From Alphaproteobacteria bacterium (lineage in GTDB: Bacteria > Pseudomonadota > Alphaproteobacteria > GM7ARS4 > G965262615), in assembly GCA_965262615.1 (NCBI GenBank), contig OZ253545.1, forward strand, positions 1,344,001 through 1,408,000: a stretch of DNA of 64,000 nucleotides, given 5' to 3'. The notes beneath the pieces were generated by a model. That model ran no database searches. It worked only from the letters and a program-made list of their open reading frames with translations, and was not told the origin of the DNA. Below, in pieces: positions 1 to 10,531 of this stretch (positions within the stretch are counted from its first letter, which is position 1; the number at the start of each line of letters is the position of its first letter). A program made the translations under genes and the position numbers.

Positions 1-1
1 A

Positions 2-421
2 TTCTTCAAACTCTATCCTGAAATCAAAACCTATCAGCACAAGACCATTGACCAAGCGCGCCGCAAGGGTTATGTCACGACCCTTTTTGGCAGACGCATT
101 CACATCCCTCACATTCACGCCAAAACGGTGACACAACGTCAGTTCAGTGAGCGCGCCGCCATCAATGCGCCCATTCAAGGCAGTGCCGCCGATATCATCA
201 AGCGCGCCATGATTCATATTGACAAAGCCGCCCTCAATGCCACAATGCTGTTGCAGGTTCATGACGAATTGCTGTTTGAGGTTACCAAAAATCAAGCCGA
301 ACCATTGGCACACACCATCACCCGAATTATGCAAAATGCCGCCACCCCCGCTTTATCTTTGTCAGTGCCTCTTGAGGTATCGTGTCACATTGGACGCCAC
401 TGGCAAGAAGCACACGGATAA
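2..421 (+). CDS. polA: DNA polymerase I, C-terminal part (5' truncated by window)
   Basis: Open frame from window start; motifs GYVTTLFGRRI, ERAAINAPIQGSAADIIK, LLQVHDELLFE. Confidence 0.95.
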   Translation, partial: FFKLYPEIKTYQHKTIDQARRKGYVTTLFGRRIHIPHIHAKTVTQRQFSERAAINAPIQGSAADIIKRAMIHIDKAALNATMLLQVHDELLFEVTKNQAEPLAHTITRIMQNAATPALSLSVPLEVSCHIGRHWQEAHG

Positions 422-1165
422 ATGATGCCTTACCGTTTCTTGTCACTGTGTCTGATATTGATTCTGCCCACCAGTGGACACGCGTGGGAGGTCAGCCGCA
501 TCATTGACGGCAAGCCCATCGTGGTGGAGCTGTTCACCTCACAGGGATGTTCATCGTGTCCGCCCGCCGACCATCTGCTGAGTCGTTTGAGCACCCGCCG
601 CAACATTCTGGCTTTGAGTCAGCATGTGGATTACTGGAACTACATCGGCTGGAGCGACCCCTATTCCAGTGAGGCAACCTCCAATCGCCAACGCAGCTAC
701 GCGACACACATGGGGATGAATCGCATCTACACACCACAGGCGGTGGTGGCGGGCGTCATTGAAGGAATCGGCAGCAGCCCCGTGACAATGCAAAAAGCCA
801 TCACGCAAGCACCACGCCCCATCACCGCCATGACAATTTCTATTGACAAAGACCAAGCTCATTTTCACATTGCCGCCAGCGAAGACGCTTCACCAAATCC
901 TTCGGTCGTCTGGGTCGCAGAGCTCAACGCAAAGCGCACCGATTCCATCACACGGGGCGAAAATGACGGCAAAAGTCTCACCCATAGCCATGTGGTGCGT
1001 GATTTTTATGCCATCGCTCAGTGGAATGGCGAGGAGACGCGCTATGTCATTGATTTGCCTCAGCTATGGCAACAAGGACGAGATGGCGTGGCGGTGATTG
1101 TTCAAGAAGGCGAGAATGCCACAGGGGTCATTGATGCCGCCGCCGCCCTCTTCATACGCCCTTGA
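422..1165 (+). CDS. DUF1223 family thioredoxin-like secreted protein
   Basis: Signal peptide; VVELFTSQGCSSCPPAD, HVDYWNYIGWSDP, YTPQ motifs. Confidence 0.88.
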   Translation: MMPYRFLSLCLILILPTSGHAWEVSRIIDGKPIVVELFTSQGCSSCPPADHLLSRLSTRRNILALSQHVDYWNYIGWSDPYSSEATSNRQRSYATHMGMNRIYTPQAVVAGVIEGIGSSPVTMQKAITQAPRPITAMTISIDKDQAHFHIAASEDASPNPSVVWVAELNAKRTDSITRGENDGKSLTHSHVVRDFYAIAQWNGEETRYVIDLPQLWQQGRDGVAVIVQEGENATGVIDAAAALFIRP

Positions 1166-2411
1166 GTTCCCTCCCCGCCACATCGGTAATGCGGCATGAC
1201 ACAATGCGCCCCGCCCGCTCTTGGCGATTGAGTCGCACCATGACACCACACTCACTGCGTCCATAACCCTCTTTTTCCATCAGCAATGAGACTTGCCGCC
1301 CCAGCATGGAGTGCAAAAAATTTCGGCGCATGGTGTCACCCAAAGCCCGCACGCGCGCCGCTCGCTCTTTGATGACCGATGCCGCCACAGGCGGCATCCG
1401 ACTCGCCGCCGTGCCATCACGCGCCGCAAACGGAAACACATGCAAGAATAACAATGGACAGTCCCGCACCAAATCAAGAGTGCGCCGAAACATCGTCTCA
1501 CTCTCAGTGGGAAAGCCCACGATGAGATCCGCGCCAAACACCATGTTGTCTCGCTCGCGACTGAGCCGCTCACACAACCCTCGCAGCTGCGCCGCCGAAT
1601 GGCGTCTTTTCATGCGTTTCAAAATAACATCATCACCCGCCTGAGCACTCAGGTGAATGGCGGGCATCACCACATCGGATGTGGTGATGATCTCAATCGC
1701 CGCCTCATCCAATTCCGCCGCATCCAGCGAAGACAAACGCAATCGCTTCATGCCACCGCGCCGCACCAACTGCTCCAACAACTGAGAAAATCGCGCGGGC
1801 TGAGGCAAGTCCTTGCCCCACGCCGTGATGTCCACTCCCGTCACAATCAGCTCCTGATAGCCCATCGCCACCAATTGCCGTGCCTCGTCAATGACCTGTT
1901 CCAACGGCAAACTGCGACTTTTTCCCCTGCCCTGCGGAATGGCACAAAAGGTGCAATCATGATCGCACCCGCGCTGCACCGCCACATAGGCACGGGTCAT
2001 GCCATCAAAATCAATGCCGCTATGATTCACGCCATCGCCCCACTCATCATCGCCTCGCAGCATGGAGGCTGGATGATGTGCCTGTTTGGGCTTCATGGTT
2101 GCCAGTTTTTTGAAATGCCGCCACTGCCGTTTGGCATCATTGTCCATGACCACATCCACCTCATCCAAAGCGGCGTAGTCTTCCATAGAGCGATGCGCCG
2201 CACATCCCGTGACCACAAGCAAGGACTGCGGATAGCGTCGCCGCAGACGGCGAATGGTTTGGCGCGTGTCTCGCTCAGCCTCTGCCGTCACGGCACAGCT
2301 GTTGATGACCACGCACTCTTGCTCAAATCCCGCATCACGCGCCATGCGGCGCATCACGGCACTCTCATGAATGTTCAAACGGCAGCCTTTGGTGACAAAA
2401 TGCACCGTCAT
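1152..2411 (-). CDS. mtaB: tRNA methylthiotransferase MtaB (radical SAM)
   Basis: GCRLNIHES, NSCAVT, CDHDCTFC radical-SAM motif; start moved to MTVHF (2411), overlapping the dapF stop. Confidence 0.9.
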   Translation of the reverse strand: MTVHFVTKGCRLNIHESAVMRRMARDAGFEQECVVINSCAVTAEAERDTRQTIRRLRRRYPQSLLVVTGCAAHRSMEDYAALDEVDVVMDNDAKRQWRHFKKLATMKPKQAHHPASMLRGDDEWGDGVNHSGIDFDGMTRAYVAVQRGCDHDCTFCAIPQGRGKSRSLPLEQVIDEARQLVAMGYQELIVTGVDITAWGKDLPQPARFSQLLEQLVRRGGMKRLRLSSLDAAELDEAAIEIITTSDVVMPAIHLSAQAGDDVILKRMKRRHSAAQLRGLCERLSRERDNMVFGADLIVGFPTESETMFRRTLDLVRDCPLLFLHVFPFAARDGTAASRMPPVAASVIKERAARVRALGDTMRRNFLHSMLGRQVSLLMEKEGYGRSECGVMVRLNRQERAGRIVSCRITDVAGRELKGV

Positions 2412-3268
2412 TTCTCTTCCCCCTGCCAGCATCCGCGAAACAAAAAGCGGCTTGCACCTTCAATGGTGACATGGTCATCCGCCAGCCATTCGCCGCGCAC
2501 CGTGCCACCATCCATGATGATGGTGGCGCAACGGTCAGTTTTTTGCCGCAACCGAGCCACCACCACCGATGCCGCCGCCGCCGTGCCACACGCCAGCGTC
2601 ATGCCCGCACCGCGCTCCCACACCCGCAGACGCAACGCCCCATCATCTTGGAAATGAACGAACGACACATTCACTCTTTCAGGAAACAACGGATGATGTT
2701 CGCACTGTTTGCCCCACCGACTCACTTGGTCATCGGAAGGGACGGCATCGCACATAAAAACAACATGAGGATTGCCCACATTCACGGCACAGCCATCACC
2801 AAGAATGCCCTCGCCTAACGATACATGCATCACATCCATCGGTTTTGCCAGAGGAATATCGCGCCAATTGAGACGCACCGCGCCCAAATCCACCCGCATG
2901 GCGTTGCCCTCGCCCGCCTCCACTTCCAATTCGCCACCCAAAGTTTCAATGGTGAGAACACCCTTCTCCATCTCGTCTCGCAACAACAAGCCCACACAGC
3001 GCGCCGCATTGCCGCACGATTCCACCTCACCGCCATCGCCATTAAAAATCCGCATGCGAACATGATGCGCTCGCGCCCCATTCTCCAGCACAATCAGCTG
3101 GTCACAGCCAATGCCGTAATGACGGTCACACAAGCGGCGCACCAAGTTTGGTGACGCGGGCGCGCCATGCCGCCGCCCGTCAATGACGATAAAATCATTG
3201 CCCAAACCTTCCATCTTGACGAACTCGCCATTCCATTCACCGCTTACTTTTGATAGCGTTTTTTCCAT
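2408..3268 (-). CDS. dapF: Diaminopimelate epimerase
   Basis: KMEGLGNDF, CGNAARC, NVGNPH, ERGAGMTLACGT; exact start uncertain. Confidence 0.95.
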   Translation of the reverse strand: MEKTLSKVSGEWNGEFVKMEGLGNDFIVIDGRRHGAPASPNLVRRLCDRHYGIGCDQLIVLENGARAHHVRMRIFNGDGGEVESCGNAARCVGLLLRDEMEKGVLTIETLGGELEVEAGEGNAMRVDLGAVRLNWRDIPLAKPMDVMHVSLGEGILGDGCAVNVGNPHVVFMCDAVPSDDQVSRWGKQCEHHPLFPERVNVSFVHFQDDGALRLRVWERGAGMTLACGTAAAASVVVARLRQKTDRCATIIMDGGTVRGEWLADDHVTIEGASRFLFRGCWQGEEK

Positions 3269-3528
3269 TCATCATACGCCATGCCATAGATGCGTTCTCT
3301 TGCTTCTGGGTCACTGATGGTCACGCCTTGTTTTTCCGCCTCGGCACGATACCACTTTGCCAGACAATTGCGACAAAATCCCGCCAGATTCATGAGATCA
3401 ATGTTTTGCACATCGGTGCGCGTCTGCAAAAATTCCACCAAATGACGAAACACCGCCGCCTCAATGGCTTGTTGGGAATTGGGTTGATTTTCGTTATGGT
3501 CATTCATGAGCATCCTCTTGGCTTTCAT
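3244..3528 (-). CDS. DUF1244 family protein
   Basis: RTDVQNIDLMNLAGFCRNCLAKW, IYGMAYDEWK. Confidence 0.88.
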   Translation of the reverse strand: MKAKRMLMNDHNENQPNSQQAIEAAVFRHLVEFLQTRTDVQNIDLMNLAGFCRNCLAKWYRAEAEKQGVTISDPEARERIYGMAYDEWKKRYQK

Positions 3529-3563
3529 CTATATCAATCCTTGTTGTATGACACAATAACATC

Positions 3564-4736
3564 ATGAACATCATGGCTATGCGTTATCACTCATCCATCC
3601 ACCACATTGGACGCGACTCATGGGACGCGTGCAATCATGATAATCCTCTCACCAGCTATGATTTTCTCTCGGCACTGGAGGACAGCCATTCGGTCTGTGC
3701 CCGCCGTGGATGGCAGCCGTTCCATCTCACCTGCCACAACGAGGCGGGTGACATCATTGCCTGCGTGCCTTTGTATATCAAAAGCCATTCCCGAGGGGAG
3801 TTTATTTTTGATGATGGCTGGGCGGATGCCATTGAGCGGTCGGGTCGGTTTTATTATCCCAAGCTGCTGGCGGGCGTTCCTTTGACGCCGTGCTCGGGAC
3901 GCCGTTTTCTTTTGCGCGATCCTCACGATGATGCCTCGCGTCATCGCATCGTGGCGGCTCTGCAACGGCGACACGATTTTCCCTCCGTCCATGTTGCCTT
4001 TCCTCATGATGATGACCGCGCCGTTTTGCATCAAGCCGGCTTTGCCTTCAAGAGTCACTGTCAGTTTCACTGGCGCAACCATGAATTCAGCTCCTTTGAT
4101 GATTTTCTCGCGACTTTGCGTTCCGCCAAACGCAAACAACTGAAAAAAGAACGGGCATGGGTGCATCAACACCTCACCATTGACACCCAACACGGCGATG
4201 AACTGAGCCTCAATGATTGGCAAGAGATTTATGGCTTCTATCGTCACACCACCGACCGCAAGTGGGGCGGGGCGTATTTAACCGACACTTTTTTTCCTTT
4301 GCTCAGTGAACGCATGGGCTCAAACATTGTCATTCACAGTGCCTATGACAAGCACGGCGCGAGGAAAGCTCGGGTGGCAATGGCTCTGCACATCAGAGGC
4401 TCGGACACGCTTTATGGACGCTATTGGGGCAGCATCAGCAATGTCTCATATCTGCATTTTGAGCTGTGTTACTATCAAGCCATTGAGTATGCCATCGGAC
4501 ACGGCTTGGCGCGGGTGGAGGCGGGCGCGCAAGGCGAACACAAACTGCTACGAGGTTACGAGCCAAATTCCATTTACAGCGCGCACTTTTTTCATGAAAA
4601 ACAAATTCAGAGATTGATTGAGCAGGCGTTGCAAGGCAGTGACGATGACGGCGCGCGTCTCAATCGCCATCTAGCTAATTATTTACCGCAAAAAAGAAAG
4701 GCTCGCAACAATGACTTGAAAAATTCAAACAAATAG
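3564..4736 (+). CDS. GNAT/FemAB-like (DUF482-type) N-acetyltransferase
   Basis: KSHSRGEFIFD, YYPKL, LYGRYWG, HFELCYYQAI, EAGAQGEHKL. Confidence 0.88.
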   Translation: MNIMAMRYHSSIHHIGRDSWDACNHDNPLTSYDFLSALEDSHSVCARRGWQPFHLTCHNEAGDIIACVPLYIKSHSRGEFIFDDGWADAIERSGRFYYPKLLAGVPLTPCSGRRFLLRDPHDDASRHRIVAALQRRHDFPSVHVAFPHDDDRAVLHQAGFAFKSHCQFHWRNHEFSSFDDFLATLRSAKRKQLKKERAWVHQHLTIDTQHGDELSLNDWQEIYGFYRHTTDRKWGGAYLTDTFFPLLSERMGSNIVIHSAYDKHGARKARVAMALHIRGSDTLYGRYWGSISNVSYLHFELCYYQAIEYAIGHGLARVEAGAQGEHKLLRGYEPNSIYSAHFFHEKQIQRLIEQALQGSDDDGARLNRHLANYLPQKRKARNNDLKNSNK

Positions 4737-4789
4737 GCAATTATGAGGATTGCAATTCCCATACGGCTTGACCATTGAGTCAATCAATT

Positions 4790-4879
4790 GTCGGGCTTCT
4801 CACTGAATACAATACCAACGCACATTGTGCGGAGGGAATAGGTGAGGGCTTACCTGTACGTGGCTTGCAAAAGCCCGAT
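4790..4879 (+). ncRNA. C4-antisense-like structured RNA, copy 1
   Basis: Terminal stem GTCGGGCTT...AAGCCCGAT; internal AATACAATACC-hairpin-GGGAATAGG; third hairpin. Confidence 0.55.
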
Positions 4880-4953
4880 CCCTTCGGGGGTCATTGCAAA
4901 ACATGCGGAGAAAACCATGAAAAAACCAACGACAAAAATTGATTTAATTGATG

Positions 4954-5041
4954 GTCGGGCTTCTTGCTGAATACAATACCAATGCACATTGTGTTGAGGA
5001 AATAGGTAAGGGCTACCGTATGGGGCTTGCAAAAGCCCGAT
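4954..5041 (+). ncRNA. C4-antisense-like structured RNA, copy 2 (tandem duplicate)
   Basis: Diverged direct repeat of copy 1, offset 164 bp, including the downstream CCCTTYGGGGGTCATTGCA. Confidence 0.55.
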
Positions 5042-5068
5042 CCCTTTGGGGGTCATTGCACAAAATAC

Positions 5069-5099
5069 CAAGAGAAGGAGCGTCATGCTCCCTCTCTTG
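5069..5099. terminator. Hairpin between convergent units
   Basis: CAAGAGAAGGAGC-GTCAT-GCTCCCTCTCTTG inverted repeat followed by TTT. Confidence 0.45.
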
Positions 5100-5100
5100 T

Positions 5101-5349
5101 TTATGAATTTTCAAATTGCATGACAGAAAAATAGCCCAAATCAATGGGGGCAGCATTAATTTTGTGCAAACTATACCTGTCGTCTTTGAACTTTCCGCGC
5201 GCAAAGAGATGTGCATCGGCGGCACTATCAAAACTATGAACCAATTTTCCATCACGCATCAAAGCGTACTTGCCCGCCTCATCAACAAGGCTTGGCGACA
5301 ACTCCCGCAAAGCTGCCAAATTGGATTTCAACATCTCACCTCTATCCAC
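5101..5349 (-). CDS. Small hypothetical protein (DUF5678-like)
   Basis: 82 aa ORF with AGGAG RBS; GKYALMRDGKLVHSFDS pattern. Confidence 0.55.
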   Translation of the reverse strand: MDRGEMLKSNLAALRELSPSLVDEAGKYALMRDGKLVHSFDSAADAHLFARGKFKDDRYSLHKINAAPIDLGYFSVMQFENS

Positions 5350-5472
5350 CGCAAATCTCCTTTTTAGAATTCAACACCGCACACGCCCGCGATATAGCTA
5401 ATTGCACGGCTAAGTCAAGATATTCTAACACAATAGCGCGGCAAAACATACCCTCATCATGCTCCCTTGTGT

Positions 5473-5673
5473 CTAGTCCCGTTCTTCCATCCATGCTTGC
5501 TGAATGGCTTCTAAAATTTTCTCATTAGAACCATTTGGGTCATCGTCAAATTCGTCCAGTTCGGTAATCCAGCGATGCAAATCGGTGTAGCGCAAATTGA
5601 TGTTATCCACCTCGGGAAATTTATCCTCAAGGGCAATGGCAATCTCCAGCGTGTCCGTCCATTTCAGAGACAT
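5473..5673 (-). CDS. iscX: Fe-S cluster assembly protein IscX
   Basis: LKWTD..EIAIAL, DFDDDP-like acidic segment, EKILEAIQ; last gene of the isc cluster. Confidence 0.93.
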   Translation of the reverse strand: MSLKWTDTLEIAIALEDKFPEVDNINLRYTDLHRWITELDEFDDDPNGSNEKILEAIQQAWMEERD

Positions 5674-5683
5674 ATCAAAACCA

Positions 5684-6019
5684 TCACTTGCCCACCTGCA
5701 TGTTGCGGGTGGCGGCGGGCAGAGTCACCACCAAACCGTCCAACGAATCATTCATGATAATCTGACACCCCAGCCGCGAGGTATGAGTGAGACCCCACGC
5801 CAAATCCAACATGTCCTCTTCGGCATCGGTGGCTTCGGGCAGGCGATCATAAAACGCATCGTCCACAATCACATGACAGGTGGAACACGCCAGCGACCCC
5901 TCACACGCCCCTTCTAAATCAATGTGGTTGGCGTGAGCGATATCCAACAACGACTGACCGTTCTCCACCGTCAGTTCATGCTTCTTGCCGGAGGGCTCAA
6001 TAAAAGTCACTTTTGGCAT
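5684..6019 (-). CDS. fdx: 2Fe-2S ferredoxin (adrenodoxin type)
   Basis: [21 protein letters not shown]; start at MPKVTF. Confidence 0.95.
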   Translation of the reverse strand: MPKVTFIEPSGKKHELTVENGQSLLDIAHANHIDLEGACEGSLACSTCHVIVDDAFYDRLPEATDAEEDMLDLAWGLTHTSRLGCQIIMNDSLDGLVVTLPAATRNMQVGK

Positions 6020-6073
6020 CACAGTATCCTTGCTTTCATCGTAACGCAAAGATGCCCTCAAGCCAAGAGGCAA

Positions 6074-7939
6074 TTACGAGGAACTCTTATCTATGGCATG
6101 AATTTTTTTGCCCTTGAGAGCATCCCGCATCGCCTTGCTCATGCGCCGCGTCGCGAGCGGACGGCTCACCTCATCCAAATCCGTGGTGGCGCGCACAATG
6201 GCATCACGGTCGGTTTGTTGCATGGCTTGAGCCAATCGCTTCATCGCCGTTCGTATGTCTTGTTCCTCATTTTTCGCGAGCTTCTCCTCTTGCACAATTG
6301 CCTGCAATGCCTTGAGCAATTGTTCTCCTGCCACTCGCGCCTCTGCCAGCAATCGCTGCGTCATGTCATCACGGGCATGGCTTTGACTGGCGCGCACCAT
6401 CTCAATCATCGCCGCCTCAGACAAGCCGTATGAGGGCTTCACCTCAATGTGATGCGCCGTGCCAGTTGTTTTTTCCTGAGCCGACACCGTGAGCAAGCCA
6501 TCGGCATCAATGGTGAAGGTGACCGCAATGCGAGCCGTGCCCGCCGTCATGGGGGGAATGTCCGTCACATGAAAGCGAGCCAGCGAGCGATTGTCGCTCA
6601 CCATCTCTCGCTCCCCCTGCACCACATGCATCATCATGGCGGTCTGTCCATCCTGCCAAGTGGTGAACTCCTGACTCTTGCTCACCGGAATGGGCGTGTT
6701 GCGATGAATCAATTTTTGCGTCACACCGCCCATCGTCTCAAGCCCCAGCGATAAAGGCGCAACATCCAACAACACATGACCCCTCTCAGACAAATGACCC
6801 GATAATGCCGCCGCCTGCAAAACAGCCCCCCGCACCACAACCTCATCAGGATTAAAATCACAAATGGGTTCAGTGCCAAACAATTGCAAAACCCTTTGAC
6901 GCACCAATGGGGTGCGTGTGGTGCCGCCCGCGAGCACCACCCCCTTCACATCCGATGGCGACAGATGAGCATCCGCCAACACATGAGAACACACATCCAA
7001 TGTGCGCTGCACCAGTGGCTGCATTGCCGTCTCGCAATCCTCACGCGTCAAAGAAAGAGTCTTTGCTGCCGCAAAGGGATGAGGCTCACGACACATGGTA
7101 TCTTGACTGAGAGCTTCTCGCATACGCCGCGCCGTGTTCATCCATTGTTTGCGCGCCGCAAGGGGGCAGTCTTGCCATGAAATCTCATGGGCTGTCAAAT
7201 GACGCGCCACGGCAATATCCAAATCATCACCCCCCAAAGCGGCATCGCCGCCAGTGGCTTTGACGCGAAACACCCCTTTTTGCAAATCCAGCAACGAGAC
7301 ATCAAAAGTGCCACCGCCCCAATCATACACCCCATAAAGCCCCTCGCTACCGTGATCCAAGCCATACGCCAATGCCGCCGCGGTGGGCTCATTGACCAGA
7401 CGCATCACCTCCAATCCCGCCATGCGAGCGGCATCACGCGTGGCACTGCGCGCGCCATCGTCAAAATAGGCAGGAACGGTAATCACCGCCCGATGCACCT
7501 CTTGTTCCAAAAAAGATTCAACCCGCTCCCGCAACACTCGTAAAATCACCGATGACAACGCCACAGGAGACACCTCATGACCGGACAGCCGCACCTGTGC
7601 CATAGCGTTTTTATCGGATGCCACCACATCAAAGGGCATGTCCGCCACATCGGCAGCGGCGCGCCCCATCAGACGCTTGACCGAAGAGACTTGTTCATCG
7701 GCATCTCTCGCCAATGCCTCATATCCCGCCACCGCCGTCTCCAGAGTGTCATTCTTGCCCATTGCCACCACCGACGGCACAATCACTCGGTTTTGTTCAT
7801 CACGACACAGAGTCATTGTGCCGTCTTTCATCACCCCCACCAGAGAGTGAGTCGTCCCCAAATCAATGCCCACAATGACATCGGCGGGGCGCGCATCAAC
7901 CGATGATTGCCCCGGCTCAGAAATTTGCAATGCCATCAC
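6074..7939 (-). CDS. hscA: Fe-S chaperone HscA
   Basis: LQISEPG N-terminus, [11 protein letters not shown], Hsp70 motifs, isc context. Confidence 0.95.
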   Translation of the reverse strand: MMALQISEPGQSSVDARPADVIVGIDLGTTHSLVGVMKDGTMTLCRDEQNRVIVPSVVAMGKNDTLETAVAGYEALARDADEQVSSVKRLMGRAAADVADMPFDVVASDKNAMAQVRLSGHEVSPVALSSVILRVLRERVESFLEQEVHRAVITVPAYFDDGARSATRDAARMAGLEVMRLVNEPTAAALAYGLDHGSEGLYGVYDWGGGTFDVSLLDLQKGVFRVKATGGDAALGGDDLDIAVARHLTAHEISWQDCPLAARKQWMNTARRMREALSQDTMCREPHPFAAAKTLSLTREDCETAMQPLVQRTLDVCSHVLADAHLSPSDVKGVVLAGGTTRTPLVRQRVLQLFGTEPICDFNPDEVVVRGAVLQAAALSGHLSERGHVLLDVAPLSLGLETMGGVTQKLIHRNTPIPVSKSQEFTTWQDGQTAMMMHVVQGEREMVSDNRSLARFHVTDIPPMTAGTARIAVTFTIDADGLLTVSAQEKTTGTAHHIEVKPSYGLSEAAMIEMVRASQSHARDDMTQRLLAEARVAGEQLLKALQAIVQEEKLAKNEEQDIRTAMKRLAQAMQQTDRDAIVRATTDLDEVSRPLATRRMSKAMRDALKGKKIHAIDKSSS

Positions 7940-8529
7940 ATCGCCCGCCTTTTGTCCTCAATGGCATCCCGCAGACGCAGCCCATAACGCAAACGCAGCA
8001 GCGACTCTTTGGCATGCTGCAATTCTTTTTTCTCATGCCACTCAGAAAACCGCTCCATTTCTTGTGTGATTTTTTTCTCGTTTTTGTCGTGCAATGAAGC
8101 GATAGATTGGGCATCGCTGGAGGCTTCCAGTTGCTCTCGGTCTTCCATCGCCGCCATCAGCAATTGAGGGTCGTCAATGGTCTGTTCCTCTTCCAGTGAA
8201 ATCTCCATGCCCTCACGGCTCAGCAAAAGAATGGCGCGCCGCAAGGGATTTTTGATCGCCTCATAGGCATCATTGACCGTTGCGGCGTTCTGCTCCGCCA
8301 CAAGACGCACCGCATCCGACTGCTGCACATAGCGGTCGGGATGAAACAAACTGGCAAAATGATGATACCGCCGCTCCAACGCCGTCTCATCAATGGCAAA
8401 GCGCGGCGCAAGAGAAAAAATCACAAAGGCATCCGTCTGACCGAGCGGCTGCACCACTCCACAGGAATCACAAAAAAAATCTTGGGTCGTGAACGGGTGA
8501 GAACAATACCAGCAGTGTCCCTCAGACAT
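7936..8529 (-). CDS. hscB: Co-chaperone HscB with N-terminal Cys motif
   Basis: CWYC..FFCDSC, J-domain HPD; start at MSEGH. Confidence 0.92.
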   Translation of the reverse strand: MSEGHCWYCSHPFTTQDFFCDSCGVVQPLGQTDAFVIFSLAPRFAIDETALERRYHHFASLFHPDRYVQQSDAVRLVAEQNAATVNDAYEAIKNPLRRAILLLSREGMEISLEEEQTIDDPQLLMAAMEDREQLEASSDAQSIASLHDKNEKKITQEMERFSEWHEKKELQHAKESLLRLRYGLRLRDAIEDKRRAM

Positions 8530-8851
8530 GAAAAGACTCGCCGCAGCCACATCGCCCCTTCTCATTGGGATTGCGAAAGACAAAGCCCTCCTCAAGGTCG
8601 CTCCTGACATAGTCCATCTCAGTGCCCAGCAAAAACAAGGTGGCTTTGGGCTCAACAAAAATGGCAAATCCGTCACAATCAATGCGTTCATCGCCTTGGC
8701 AGGCATCTTCGGCAAATTCCAGCGCATAAGATAATCCCGAACACCCGCGCGAGCGAATCATCACCCGCACACCCGCGGTGGTGCGCTTGCGCGAGGCAAT
8801 CATGTCTCGCACACGCGCCTGAGCCGCATCGGTGACCGTCATCAGAGTCAT
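8522..8851 (-). CDS. iscA: Fe-S cluster assembly accessory protein IscA
   Basis: GCSGLSY, NPNEKGRCGCGESF. Confidence 0.95.
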   Translation of the reverse strand: MTLMTVTDAAQARVRDMIASRKRTTAGVRVMIRSRGCSGLSYALEFAEDACQGDERIDCDGFAIFVEPKATLFLLGTEMDYVRSDLEEGFVFRNPNEKGRCGCGESFHV

Positions 8852-8878
8852 GGCAACCGCCCTTTGCAAGACAAAGAC

Positions 8879-9262
8879 TCAGCTATTTTTCTTGTCCTGA
8901 TAGTCCTTCACCGCCGCCTTGATGGCATCTTCCGCCAAAATGGAACAGTGGATTTTAACAGGAGGCAAAGCCAAATGTTCGGCGATTTGCGTGTTTTTAA
9001 TCGCCATCGCTTCATCCAAACTCTTGCCTTTGACCCATTCGGTCACCAATGAACTGGAAGCAATGGCAGAGCCACAGCCAAAGGTTTTGAATTTGGCATC
9101 CACAATCACATCGTTGTGATCCACCTGAATTTGCAGCTTCATGACATCACCGCACGCGGGCGCACCCACAAGACCTGTGCCCACATCGGCATCACCTTGC
9201 TTCATAGAGCCAATGTTGCGGGGATTTTCGTAGTGATCCAACAGTTGTTCGCTATAAGCCAT
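8879..9262 (-). CDS. iscU: Fe-S scaffold IscU
   Basis: GAPACGDVM, FGCGSAIASSS, LPPVKIHCS. Confidence 0.97.
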   Translation of the reverse strand: MAYSEQLLDHYENPRNIGSMKQGDADVGTGLVGAPACGDVMKLQIQVDHNDVIVDAKFKTFGCGSAIASSSLVTEWVKGKSLDEAMAIKNTQIAEHLALPPVKIHCSILAEDAIKAAVKDYQDKKNS

Positions 9263-9286
9263 CGTCTTCTCCTTGACATGATGTTA

Positions 9287-10531
9287 TTAATGATGTGCCC
9301 ACTCAATCTTGCTGATGTCAATGCCCTCTTGAGCCATTTCCCACAAGGGTGACATCTCCCGCAAGCGTTGAACATTGCGCACAATGGAATCCACCGCATA
9401 AGTAACCTCGTCCTCCGTGGTGAATCGACCAAAACCGACGCGCAAACTGGTATGAGCCAATTCCTCCTCAACGCCCAGCGCACGCAAAACATAAGACGGC
9501 TCCAAACTGGCAGAAGTGCAAGCCGAGCCCGATGATAATGATAAATCATTGATGCCCATCATCAGAGATTCTCCCTCAACATAGGCAAAACTCACATTGA
9601 TGTTGCCCGGAATACGCTGTTCCAAATCCCCATTGACATAAATGTCTTCCAATGATTTCCGCAACCCCTGCAAAAACATGGAGCGCAAATGATGCAAACG
9701 CTCATTCTCCTGAGCCATTTCTTCAGACGCAATGCGACACGCCTCACCCAATCCCACACACAAAGGCGTGGCAAGCGTTCCCGAGCGCATGCCGCGTTCT
9801 TGTCCGCCGCCGCTCATCAAGGGCTTGATGCGAACGCGCGGACGGCGGCGCACATACAAAGCCCCAACCCCCTTGGGTCCATACAACTTGTGAGCAGAAA
9901 TGCTCATCAAATCAATGTTCATCTCCTGCACATCAAGAGGAATCTTGCCCACCGCCTGAGCACAATCAGAATGAAAAAAGACGCCCTTCTCACGACACAA
10001 AGCACCAATCTCTTTGACCGGCTGAATCACACCAATCTCATTATGCACCGCCATAATAGACACCAAACATGTCTGGTCGGTGATGGCATCCTTCAACTGA
10101 TTGAGATCAATCAAGCCGTTGCTTTGCACCGGCAGATATGTGACATCCATCCCCTCTTGGGAAATGTGACGACACGATTCCAAAACACACTTATGCTCCG
10201 TCACACAAGTGATGATATGATTTTTGCGATCCTTATAAAATCCTCCCACCCCCTTGATGGCAATGTTATTGGACTCAGTCGCTCCAGAGGTGAAAATAAT
10301 CTCCTTGGGGTCAGCACCAATCAGCTGAGCCAGTTGAGTGCGAGCCTCTTCCACACCCTGTTCGGCTTCCCATCCATGGGCGTGATTGCGCGAGTGAGGA
10401 TTGCCAAAACGCTCAGTCATGTAGGGTGTCATCGCCTTGATGACGCGCTCATCCAAAGGCGTGGTCGCCTGATAATCAAGATAGATGGGTTTGCTGTTCA
10501 CACGCACCGTCATGACCTTATTATAGGGCAA
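9287..10531 (-). CDS. iscS: Cysteine desulfurase IscS
   Basis: [36 protein letters not shown]. Confidence 0.97.
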   Translation of the reverse strand: MPYNKVMTVRVNSKPIYLDYQATTPLDERVIKAMTPYMTERFGNPHSRNHAHGWEAEQGVEEARTQLAQLIGADPKEIIFTSGATESNNIAIKGVGGFYKDRKNHIITCVTEHKCVLESCRHISQEGMDVTYLPVQSNGLIDLNQLKDAITDQTCLVSIMAVHNEIGVIQPVKEIGALCREKGVFFHSDCAQAVGKIPLDVQEMNIDLMSISAHKLYGPKGVGALYVRRRPRVRIKPLMSGGGQERGMRSGTLATPLCVGLGEACRIASEEMAQENERLHHLRSMFLQGLRKSLEDIYVNGDLEQRIPGNINVSFAYVEGESLMMGINDLSLSSGSACTSASLEPSYVLRALGVEEELAHTSLRVGFGRFTTEDEVTYAVDSIVRNVQRLREMSPLWEMAQEGIDISKIEWAHH

